From Clostridia bacterium (GTDB lineage Bacteria; Bacillota; Clostridia; Oscillospirales; CAG-382): DNA of 63,099 nt. The notes beneath the pieces are model-generated. The model made no database searches, was not told the DNA's origin, and saw only the letters and a list, made by a program, of their open reading frames with translations. How positions within the stretch are numbered: position 1 is the first letter of the stretch; every line of letters starts with the position of its first letter. The translations under genes and the position numbers were made by a program. The DNA lies in NCBI GenBank assembly GCA_017381715.1, contig JAFOBR010000010.1, forward strand, positions 1 to 63,099, read 5' to 3'. Shown here piece after piece: positions 9,189-16,267 of this stretch.

Positions 9189-9626
9189 TTAATCCTCCTC
9201 GTTTGTTTTCTTTACAATTAGTTTAACGCCTTCGATGCGTACTGCGGTAACGGTAGCTTCCGCAGGGATTATTGTGCCGTCTTCACTTCTGGCTGTCCAG
9301 ACCATACCGTTAAGCTTTACGGCTCCTTTTGCATCGAGATTATTGATCTCTTCACACACAATTCCTTGCTGTCCGATAGCGGCGTCAGCGTTTGTGGGTT
9401 TCGGTTCAGCTTTTAATACATTTTTGGCAAATTTTCTGGTGAATATAACAAGAATAACCGAAACAGCCAAAAACAGAACCCATTGGAGCCAATTCGGCGC
9501 ATTACAAATGGAAGCTATACCGGCAACAAGGGCGCCTGCCGCAAACCAAATAGTGGTAAGCTGGACGGTAATTGCTTCAACCACAACCAAAACCGCAAAT
9601 AAAGCGATCCAAATGTATACAGACAT
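9189..9626 (-). CDS. NfeD family membrane protein
   Basis: Hydrophobic N-terminus, GAVKLNGMVWTARS, IEGVKLIV; partner of the SPFH gene; start refined to 9626. Confidence 0.9.
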   Translation of the reverse strand: MSVYIWIALFAVLVVVEAITVQLTTIWFAAGALVAGIASICNAPNWLQWVLFLAVSVILVIFTRKFAKNVLKAEPKPTNADAAIGQQGIVCEEINNLDAKGAVKLNGMVWTARSEDGTIIPAEATVTAVRIEGVKLIVKKTNEED

Positions 9627-9662
9627 AACATCATCTCCTTTAACAACATTGTCTGTATCACT

Positions 9663-9745
9663 ATTATACAGCAGTTTTAACGCAGTGTCAATAAATTTAT
9701 ATATGAAATTATTTACTTGACACTTCGTCTTATTGCTGTTAAAAT
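9663..9745. promoter_or_regulatory. Divergent sigA promoters (nfeD and the DUF4855 gene)
   Basis: Minus strand TTGACA-N17-TATAAT (9691-9663); plus strand TTGACA-N17-TAAAAT with extended TG (9717-9745). Confidence 0.7.
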
Positions 9746-9795
9746 ATAAAAGAAACAACTGCGGTGTATGCCGTGATTTTCCGGAGGTATATTTA

Positions 9796-12700
9796 ATGAA
9801 AAAAATAGCGCTTTTACTTGCGTTGGTTATGCTGATTTCCCTGTTTGCGGGGTGCAAAGAACCGAACGATATTTCAGATACTTCGAGCACTTCCGAAGCG
9901 TCCCGCCCCACAACAGACGATTCAACGGACACTTCCAAGCCGGAGGAAGAAAAGATACCCGTTGAAAATCCCGAAAACGCTTCTGTTATAAGCACCGGTA
10001 AGCCTTACACAAATACGGCTACTCCCGGTGAAGCGTATCCCGATTCATACACCACCGAGCTTACCGACGGTCAGTTTGCGTTTGATAGCGCCGGTGATTA
10101 TACCGATGCAAAATATTCGGGATATACCGATTCCACTGTATACGTAACTATTGACCTCGGTCAGGTTTACGATACTATTTACGAATTCCGCTGCAGCTAT
10201 CTTTCTACCAGCGCTGCGGGTATATATCCTCCCAATGGCGTTAAAATATATACTTCGTCAGACGGAGAGAACTTCAAGTTTGCGGGAAGCTGCATTCTTC
10301 CCGAATTTGTATCAGACTGCCGCGCAGAGGCGGTGTTCACATCGGAATATTACATATCCGCCCGTTACGTAAAGTTTGCTGTAGAAAAGGCTGCGGCGTG
10401 GGTGTTTATCGATGAACTTACGGTAATAGCCAACGAAGAGACCGGATCTAAGCTTGACGAAGCTTTTCTTGAACTTATAAAGCAGGCTTATGATACGCTC
10501 GGAACAGTAAAATATCAAGGCGAAAATTCCATAGATAAATCTCTTGCACTTCAGTTGGTAAGTAAAGGCGCGAAATATAAAGCTTCCAAAAACTCCATTT
10601 CCGCTTTTCCCGATGATAATTCCCGCCTTACCGATGGTGTATTTACCGGATTTTTTGAAAGCGGAATCTGGGTCGGCTATGAAGGCGGAGACGCAGTTGC
10701 CATTACTGTTGACCTTGGCAAAAAGCGTGATGATCTCAGTGTGTTCCGCGCAGAATGTTATGCCAATGTTAACATCGGCACATATATGCCGGTGGCGGTG
10801 ACCTACTCTGTAAGTGACGATAATGAAAATTTTACCGATATAGGAAGAGTTTTCGGTGTTGCTTCCGATCAGAATGTTTACGATTTTCCCTTGATACTCA
10901 ACAAAGCCGCATCGGGACGTTATGTAAGATTTACCTTTGAAGCAACCGAAACGAAAATGTATCTTGTTGAAGAGGTAGCTGTCTATGCAAACACCGGCGA
11001 ATCGGATACAGAATCGATGTATCCCGATCTTGTGTTTGATCCTACTGTCAAAAATTGGCCCAATCCTTCTACAGAGGTTGTAAACCTTATAAAAGGTCTT
11101 ACTCAGCAGATCAACTGCCCTGCGGATATAACCGAAGAGCAGGCTGCCAACAACACCTCCGTAAAATCAACTATTATGACCGATGGCAGACATGCCACCG
11201 CAAACAGCATTCATAACGGACAGTTCTTTAAATTCAACGGCGGATCTTCCCGCGACGTAATATACGATCTGGGCGCAACAAGTGCGGTGCGTAAGTTTAC
11301 CGCACAGTTTACCCATCTTGTTGATTGGGCAGTGCTTGCTCCCACCGCAGTTGATATTTACCTTTCTTTGGATGGCGAAAAATGGTACGATGCAGGCACG
11401 ATGCCCGTAAGTGCCGCCAGTGACAACACCTTGGTTTCCGCAGAACTGTCACTTAACACTCCCGTTCAGACAAGATACGTATGCTTCACATTTAATATTA
11501 ACACTTGGTGCGGAGTAGGGGAACTGGAAGTATTCGGTACCACCTCCACGGCAGGCTCCAAGACTCTTTCTTCCGGTGTCATACCCGAGCGTAACTTGTT
11601 CGGAAAAGGCAACCAGGCACCCAACGAGAACGTTCTCGGCGGCGCGTCCGATCTGGTTCTTTTGTACCACGGCACCTCTATTGACGGATACACCGTTGAG
11701 ACTCTTATTCCTTATCTTGCATATGTGGATCAGGAGGGCAACATAAAGGACGTAATGTTCGATAGTTATCTGTTCCTGCTCAGCGGAGGATTCCCCTCCG
11801 GACTTTCCGGTTGGAGCGATTCCAAGGCAAGCGACTGGCTGTGGACAATATCCGATCTGTTTACAGAAAATGAAAACATTCTCGCCCTTGAAGAAGCCGC
11901 CGGCATAGTAAAAGATGCGCTCGGCTTGGACGAGGATTATAAATACGGATTTACCGTTACTCTTTATTACCCCAACTCCAAACGCACCGATTTCGGTGAT
12001 ATCGACGGTGACGGTGTTGTAGACGGTCTTACAACAGACGAAAACAGACTTCGCGCGCTTGAATGGTATATGGAAACATTCGAAGCAAAGCTCGGCGAAT
12101 ATGATTTTGAAAATATCGAATTTGTCGGATATTATTGGTATGATGAATCAATTTATCCTCAGGATAACGCACCTTATATAGTTACGGAGACTTCAAAGAT
12201 CGTGCACGAACGCGGTTACGATTTCTTCTGGATACCTTATTACGTCGCATCCGGCTTCTCTGCTTGGGATTCCTATGGTTTTGACGTTGCCTGCATGCAA
12301 CCCAACTACGTATTCAAAGAAGAAGTTCCTTATTCCAGAATACCTCAGGCGGCATATCTTACACAGCTTTACGGCATGGGTATAGAAATTGAAATATCCG
12401 GAAAGAGCTTTACAAGCGATGTTCTTTACAGAAAATATATGGAATATCTTTCCGGCGGTGTTCTCTACGGATACATGAAGGATTGTGTACATATGTATTA
12501 TCAGGATGTATTCGTGTACTATGATGCCGCTTGCGCCAAGGATCCCAGTGTCAGATTGATATACGATTACACATATCAATTCATAAAGGGCACTCTTGAT
12601 GTATATCCCGAAGCTTTTGAAGAGTATTCGTTCAATACACAAATTGATACCTCAGTTAGCGGTGCTATCCTTGAGGATGCTCCCGGATATATGTATTTTG

Positions 12701-12864
12701 AACTCGTTTCAATGCCCGAATCCGGCACAGTTTCTCTTGCGCAAGACGGTAGCTTTACCTACTATCCCGAAAAAGGATTTACCGGTACGGTTTCTTTCAC
12801 TTACGCTTACTCCGAAGGACTTTGTGAATCCGAACCCTGCACTGTTACTATAGTAATTGAATAA
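9796..12864 (+). CDS. Large lipoprotein: three discoidin (F5/8C)-like domains + DUF4855 domain + C-terminal Ig/cadherin-like (Big_9-type) domain
   Basis: Lipobox FAGC; three LTDG...(I/V/Y)DLG...RYV.F repeats; PYLAYVD..MFDSYLFL, GYYWYDE, WIPY, MQPNY, GIEIE (DUF4855); DGSFTYYPEKGFTGTVSFTY; GGAGGT SD before 9796. Confidence 0.8.
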   Translation: MKKIALLLALVMLISLFAGCKEPNDISDTSSTSEASRPTTDDSTDTSKPEEEKIPVENPENASVISTGKPYTNTATPGEAYPDSYTTELTDGQFAFDSAGDYTDAKYSGYTDSTVYVTIDLGQVYDTIYEFRCSYLSTSAAGIYPPNGVKIYTSSDGENFKFAGSCILPEFVSDCRAEAVFTSEYYISARYVKFAVEKAAAWVFIDELTVIANEETGSKLDEAFLELIKQAYDTLGTVKYQGENSIDKSLALQLVSKGAKYKASKNSISAFPDDNSRLTDGVFTGFFESGIWVGYEGGDAVAITVDLGKKRDDLSVFRAECYANVNIGTYMPVAVTYSVSDDNENFTDIGRVFGVASDQNVYDFPLILNKAASGRYVRFTFEATETKMYLVEEVAVYANTGESDTESMYPDLVFDPTVKNWPNPSTEVVNLIKGLTQQINCPADITEEQAANNTSVKSTIMTDGRHATANSIHNGQFFKFNGGSSRDVIYDLGATSAVRKFTAQFTHLVDWAVLAPTAVDIYLSLDGEKWYDAGTMPVSAASDNTLVSAELSLNTPVQTRYVCFTFNINTWCGVGELEVFGTTSTAGSKTLSSGVIPERNLFGKGNQAPNENVLGGASDLVLLYHGTSIDGYTVETLIPYLAYVDQEGNIKDVMFDSYLFLLSGGFPSGLSGWSDSKASDWLWTISDLFTENENILALEEAAGIVKDALGLDEDYKYGFTVTLYYPNSKRTDFGDIDGDGVVDGLTTDENRLRALEWYMETFEAKLGEYDFENIEFVGYYWYDESIYPQDNAPYIVTETSKIVHERGYDFFWIPYYVASGFSAWDSYGFDVACMQPNYVFKEEVPYSRIPQAAYLTQLYGMGIEIEISGKSFTSDVLYRKYMEYLSGGVLYGYMKDCVHMYYQDVFVYYDAACAKDPSVRLIYDYTYQFIKGTLDVYPEAFEEYSFNTQIDTSVSGAILEDAPGYMYFELVSMPESGTVSLAQDGSFTYYPEKGFTGTVSFTYAYSEGLCESEPCTVTIVIE

Positions 12865-12867
12865 AGA

Positions 12868-12938
12868 AAAAACTGCCGTAATAAAATACGGCAGTTTTTT
12901 GATGTAATAAAAAGTGGCTGAGTTTTCAGCCACTTTAA
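12868..12938. terminator. Tandem terminators between convergent genes
   Basis: AAAAACTGCCGTA..TACGGCAGTTTTT and AAAGTGGCTGA..TCAGCCACTTT. Confidence 0.8.
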
Positions 12939-12955
12939 GTTATTATTGGTGTATT

Positions 12956-13714
12956 TTAGTTCTTTTTCTTCATTACAACAACTGTTACTACAGCCGCAAT
13001 AACTACGATAGCTGCGCCGACAACGATCCAGATAACGGTATTGTTTCCGCCATCGTTTTCTCCTGTGCTGACATCAGAAGAGGAGGGTGTGCTTTCAGTC
13101 TCATCGGATTCATCCTTGCTTTCGCTGGGAGTGACGGATTCTTCGGGAACGGATACTTCTTCGGATACTTCGGGAACGGGAATTGACTCTTCGCTTACGT
13201 CACCGCTAACCTCACCGCTTTCGGAAATACTTACGTTAAGGGAAGTGTTGGGGGTGGTAAGAGAGATCAGGTCTTCGGATTCGGTAAGTTCGGTGTTCTT
13301 TACTTCAACAAGGGTATCTACGCCCTTGGAAAGTATCTTGAAGTTTACGGTACAGGTGATGGGGTTGGTAGTTCCGTGACCTTTTTCGGGGCTGTCAAAA
13401 AGCAGGCAGATAAGCACGTCGCCTTCTGCATAAAGCTTGCTCCAGCTGTCACCCTGTTCGCCCCATTCTTCGGGGAAATCTGCTTCAACGTTTTGGAATT
13501 CCAAAACAGATTTATCGAAATATACGTTAGAAGATACTGCTACAACACCGTCGGGATCTGTAAAATCAGAATATGTAACGGTCAAAGAAAGGATATCCCC
13601 TTCAGCTGCATACTCAAGACTTATTTTGCAAGCGTCTGCTGCAGAAGAAACTACAGTGAATGCGGCGCACATAAGCGCTGCGGAAAGAAGTAATATAAAA
13701 GCTTTTTTAAACAT
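12956..13714 (-). CDS. Cell-surface protein with cohesin-like beta-sandwich, acidic Ser/Glu linker and C-terminal TM anchor
   Basis: Signal peptide; LSLTVTYSDF..GVVAVSSNVYFDKSVLEFQNV..CTVNFKI resembles cohesin; TM followed by KKKN. Confidence 0.6.
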   Translation of the reverse strand: MFKKAFILLLSAALMCAAFTVVSSAADACKISLEYAAEGDILSLTVTYSDFTDPDGVVAVSSNVYFDKSVLEFQNVEADFPEEWGEQGDSWSKLYAEGDVLICLLFDSPEKGHGTTNPITCTVNFKILSKGVDTLVEVKNTELTESEDLISLTTPNTSLNVSISESGEVSGDVSEESIPVPEVSEEVSVPEESVTPSESKDESDETESTPSSSDVSTGENDGGNNTVIWIVVGAAIVVIAAVVTVVVMKKKN

Positions 13715-13776
13715 ATTGTTGTACCTCCGTGTTTAGTATAGTTTATTATATTTGCTTAACTTTGTCAAGTAAAGAA

Positions 13777-13805
13777 TTGCAACAAATAAAAAAATATGCT
13801 ATAAT
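13777..13805 (+). promoter_or_regulatory. sigA promoter of the 13829 gene
   Basis: TTGCAA-N17-TATAAT with extended TG; AAAGGAGG SD downstream. Confidence 0.6.
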
Positions 13806-13828
13806 TTATTTAAAGGAGGCGGCTGTCT

Positions 13829-14167
13829 ATGAAAATTCTGGATGAATTTGAACTTGAAGGCGGTATAGCCATAGAAAATTATTCCGATCTTTGCCAAAAT
13901 GTATCAGCGGGAGATATTCTTGAGGGAACTCCCTGTACCGAGGGAATGGCATTTTGTGCAGAGGGTAAAGTCCTTGGATATTTGTTTGGAGACAGCGCTT
14001 TGCTGGCTGTGTACGCATATAACAACGGCTACGGTATTTTTGCCCGCATCACGTCAGTACGCAGGGTGGAAGCGCTTCCCGTGCTGTTCGCTTCTTTACA
14101 CGCTGTACACCGCGGTACGGTGTGGGGCAGGGAAAAGGATAAAATAGAGAAGGAGAGCAAAGAATAA
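13829..14167 (+). CDS. Hypothetical protein (weak HIRAN-like resemblance)
   Basis: Strong SD and promoter; GKVLGYL...ARITSV pattern. Confidence 0.55.
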   Translation: MKILDEFELEGGIAIENYSDLCQNVSAGDILEGTPCTEGMAFCAEGKVLGYLFGDSALLAVYAYNNGYGIFARITSVRRVEALPVLFASLHAVHRGTVWGREKDKIEKESKE

Positions 14168-14172
14168 CGTAT

Positions 14173-14541
14173 ATGATTACGGAAACTATTATATATGACC
14201 ATCAGATACGCGAAGTTAACCGTAAAACCAAAGAAATTTCTTTCGGTCATGTTATATACGAAGACAATGACGGACTTCATAAGATCAATCTTGATGTTTG
14301 TTCGGAAAACTTCAATGAAGAGTACGGAAAGAGTTCCGGTACTTGTGTAGGCGTAAGAAACATCGAGAAAAGTTGGTTTGTTTTGTACACAAGCGGTGTT
14401 AAGACAAAGATAATTTTTAAAAGATCCTTTGTTTTCGGTTTTTCCGCACGTGTTTTATTATATGGAACAAAAACAAGCAGGTTTTTACAGTTCAAACAAA
14501 AACTTTTAGATGCAAACTATACCACGTTAGACATAACATGA
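14173..14541 (+). CDS. Hypothetical protein
   Basis: 122-aa ORF starting 5 bp after the upstream stop; AT-rich. Confidence 0.6.
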   Translation: MITETIIYDHQIREVNRKTKEISFGHVIYEDNDGLHKINLDVCSENFNEEYGKSSGTCVGVRNIEKSWFVLYTSGVKTKIIFKRSFVFGFSARVLLYGTKTSRFLQFKQKLLDANYTTLDIT

Positions 14542-14550
14542 ATTTAACAC

Positions 14551-14730
14551 GGCAGGGATTAATCTGCCTTCAGTCGATGCTTTGCGAAGCAAAGTTACCT
14601 TTCCTTTTATCTCTTCTCTCTTATCTTTTCTCCGGAAACGACAATTTGAGAGAAGAGAGAAGACCGAAAAGAGAAAAGTGAAAAGAACAAAAAAACGACA
14701 ATCTTCTAAAAGAAAATTGTCGTTTATTTT
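14551..14730. repeat. Structured intergenic element: GCGAAGC mini-hairpin, inverted 7-nt pyrimidine/purine repeats and terminal hairpin
   Basis: GCTTTGC-GAA-GCAAAGT; TTTTATC/TCTTCTC/TCTTATC/TTTTCTC opposite GAGAGAA/GAGAGAA/GACCGAA/AAGAGAA/AAGTGAA; AAACGACAAT...ATTGTCGTTT. Confidence 0.65.
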
Positions 14731-14786
14731 GCGAAAGACTACCTAAACGGAGCAGAATTGAGGTAAGAAAGCCTAAAAGTACACCA

Positions 14787-15251
14787 CTATTTCTTATAGA
14801 AATTGATGTGCAAATGCTCCTCAAGACCAAACCGTTCCATAATATAGTGATTAACAATATAATTTGATGTATGCCACTGTTCGCAGGGGTGTCCTCCAAT
14901 CGAGGCGGAGGTAGTTATTAAGGGCTTGCCGTATTGTTTTCTTAATATACCAGATAATTGTGCAAACGATTCGTTAATATCATAGGAATCAGATAAGTAA
15001 TACTCTTGTGGACGGAATATTTCAATAAACTCAATCTTTAACGCGTTGAAATGAACTCCAAACATGAGAGGTATATTACAACCAAACGCTCTGCCTTCGA
15101 ATGTAATATATCCATCTGTAACAAGTGTATATTCAATAGTTGATGCTTTTAGTAAATCAATAAAGGAGTGCGTGTCAGGTGAAATAGCAATTTGCGGAAA
15201 GTCGATCACAAAAGTAGGATTTGTATTATTCTTTTTCAAAAAGGAGAACAT
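14787..15251 (-). CDS. Hypothetical AT-rich protein
   Basis: 154-aa ORF with AAGGTGGTG SD and its own promoter. Confidence 0.7.
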   Translation of the reverse strand: MFSFLKKNNTNPTFVIDFPQIAISPDTHSFIDLLKASTIEYTLVTDGYITFEGRAFGCNIPLMFGVHFNALKIEFIEIFRPQEYYLSDSYDINESFAQLSGILRKQYGKPLITTSASIGGHPCEQWHTSNYIVNHYIMERFGLEEHLHINFYKK

Positions 15252-15271
15252 AGTATCACCACCTTGTAAAA

Positions 15272-15299
15272 ATTATATCATAGAAATGCTACATTTCAA
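15272..15299 (-). promoter_or_regulatory. sigA promoter of the 14787-15251 gene, containing a GAAATG-N3-CATTTC palindrome
   Basis: TTGAAA-N16-TATAAT with extended TG. Confidence 0.55.
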
Positions 15300-15302
15300 T
15301 GA

Positions 15303-15493
15303 TATATCGCTGACGCGATATGATAAGTGAAGTTTGGCTGCGCCAAGTGAAGTTATGCCTTACGGCATAGTGAAGTATTGTGCTTTCGCACAAAGTGAAG
15401 TTAAGTGTGCCACCCACGCCCGCAGGCACTTCACTGCGCAGCAACTTCACGATGCGTTAGCATCGCTTATCGTGCCGCAAGGCACACTTAGTT
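15303..15493. repeat. REP/BIME-like array of ACTTCAC heptamers alternating with GNA/GNNA-loop mini-hairpins
   Basis: GTGAAGT at 15327, 15347, 15370 and 15395; ACTTCAC at 15428 and 15444; short hairpins between them. Confidence 0.8.
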
Positions 15494-15538
15494 GAAAAGA
15501 AACACCCTTTGTCCGGTAGACAAAGGGTGTTTCTTTTC
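15494..15538 (-). terminator. 20-bp perfect hairpin directly after the tRNA CCA
   Basis: GAAAAGAAACACCCTTTGTC-CGGTA-GACAAAGGGTGTTTCTTTTC. Confidence 0.8.
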
Positions 15539-15621
15539 TGGTGCGGCTGATGGGACTTGAACCCATACGGTTGCCCACACGCCCCTCAAACGTGCGCGTC
15601 TGCCTGTTCCGCCACAGCCGC
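15539..15621 (-). tRNA. tRNA-Leu(GAG)
   Basis: GCGGCTG acceptor stem, TGGCGGAACAGG D-arm, CACGT-TTGAGGG-GCGTG anticodon arm, variable arm, GTTCAAG T-loop, encoded CCA. Confidence 0.95.
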
Positions 15622-15634
15622 GTGAACATTCACT

Positions 15635-15662
15635 ATTATACTCACAAAATCAAATTTGTCAA
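15635..15662 (-). promoter_or_regulatory. tRNA promoter
   Basis: Consensus TTGACA-N16-TATAAT with an A-rich UP element. Confidence 0.85.
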
Positions 15663-15721
15663 TACTTTTTTTGATTTTATTTTATATAATATTTTCGTGC
15701 CTGATTTTGTACGATTATATC

Positions 15722-15763
15722 GAAAAAAATACGGGATGCGCATTTTAGAAATGCACATTCCCG
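15722..15763 (-). terminator. Terminator after mazF
   Basis: CGGGATGCGCATTT..AAATGCACATTCCCG imperfect stem followed by TATTTTTTT on the minus strand. Confidence 0.55.
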
Positions 15764-15770
15764 AACCGAT

Positions 15771-16148
15771 TTACAGTCCAAAACTGACGTTTAACGCTTC
15801 GTTCACCTGCTGCATGGTGGTGTCATCAAGATGCCCCATTTTATCTTTAAGCCGTTTTTTATCCAGAGTACGTATTTGCTCAAGCAGTATTATGGAATTT
15901 TTTGCCAGACCGCATCCCGGCGCTTTTCCGCCACCGATACTGTCACCGGTAACCTCAATATGTGTTGGCAGACGCGCTTTTCCGGTCTGCGACGTTATTG
16001 CTGCGGCAATAACCGTGGGACTGTGTCTGTTTCCCACATCGTTCTGAACGATCAGAACGGGTCTTACACCGCCTTGCTCCGATCCCACTACGGGTGAAAG
16101 ATCGGCATAATATATATCTCCGCGCCGTATTACAGTTTGTTCGTTCAC
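15771..16148 (-). CDS. mazF: PemK/MazF family endoribonuclease (NdoA/EndoA-like), with no adjacent antitoxin
   Basis: [55 protein letters not shown]. Confidence 0.95.
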   Translation of the reverse strand: MNEQTVIRRGDIYYADLSPVVGSEQGGVRPVLIVQNDVGNRHSPTVIAAAITSQTGKARLPTHIEVTGDSIGGGKAPGCGLAKNSIILLEQIRTLDKKRLKDKMGHLDDTTMQQVNEALNVSFGL

Positions 16149-16188
16149 TTTTGATCATCGCCCCGTTTTCAGTTTATTCCGGCAGATA

Positions 16189-16218
16189 TATTTTTGCCCG
16201 CAGGGGAGGCGATTATGC
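16189..16218 (-). promoter_or_regulatory. Putative sigF(/sigG) forespore promoter for mazF
   Basis: GCATA-N15-GGCAAAAATA matches the sigF consensus GYWTA-N15-GGNRANANTW. Confidence 0.55.
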
Positions 16219-16221
16219 AAA

Positions 16222-16257
16222 GCAAAAAAATAAAGGGCTTACATTAACGTAAGCCCG
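16222..16257 (-). terminator. pepF operon terminator
   Basis: GGGCTTAC-GTTAAT-GTAAGCCC followed by TTTATTTTTTT. Confidence 0.75.
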
Positions 16258-16267
16258 TGATGTTTTA

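Noticed and set aside
9627-9995. N-terminal extension of NfeD in the ORF track (268 aa)
   Set aside because: It overlaps divergent promoters and the DUF4855 gene; the SD-supported start is at 9626
11989-12030. DIDGDG as a dockerin pairing with the neighbouring cohesin-like protein
   Set aside because: A single loop inside the DUF4855 domain, lacking the duplicated dockerin repeat
14621-14899. 92-aa ORF across the heptamer element
   Set aside because: Low-complexity translation of the repeat that also overlaps the 14787 gene
15303-15493. Possible mini-CRISPR array
   Set aside because: The repeats are only 7-9 nt, the intervening segments are 9-18-nt self-complementary hairpins, orientation flips midway, and no cas genes are present
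13829-15621. Classical integrase/prophage island at tRNA-Leu
   Set aside because: No integrase or phage genes, and no duplicated tRNA 3' end seen in the window
15447-16047. ORFs 15447-15629 and 15541-16047 as a possible antitoxin or peptide
   Set aside because: They overlap the tRNA and antisense mazF and show no antitoxin-like features
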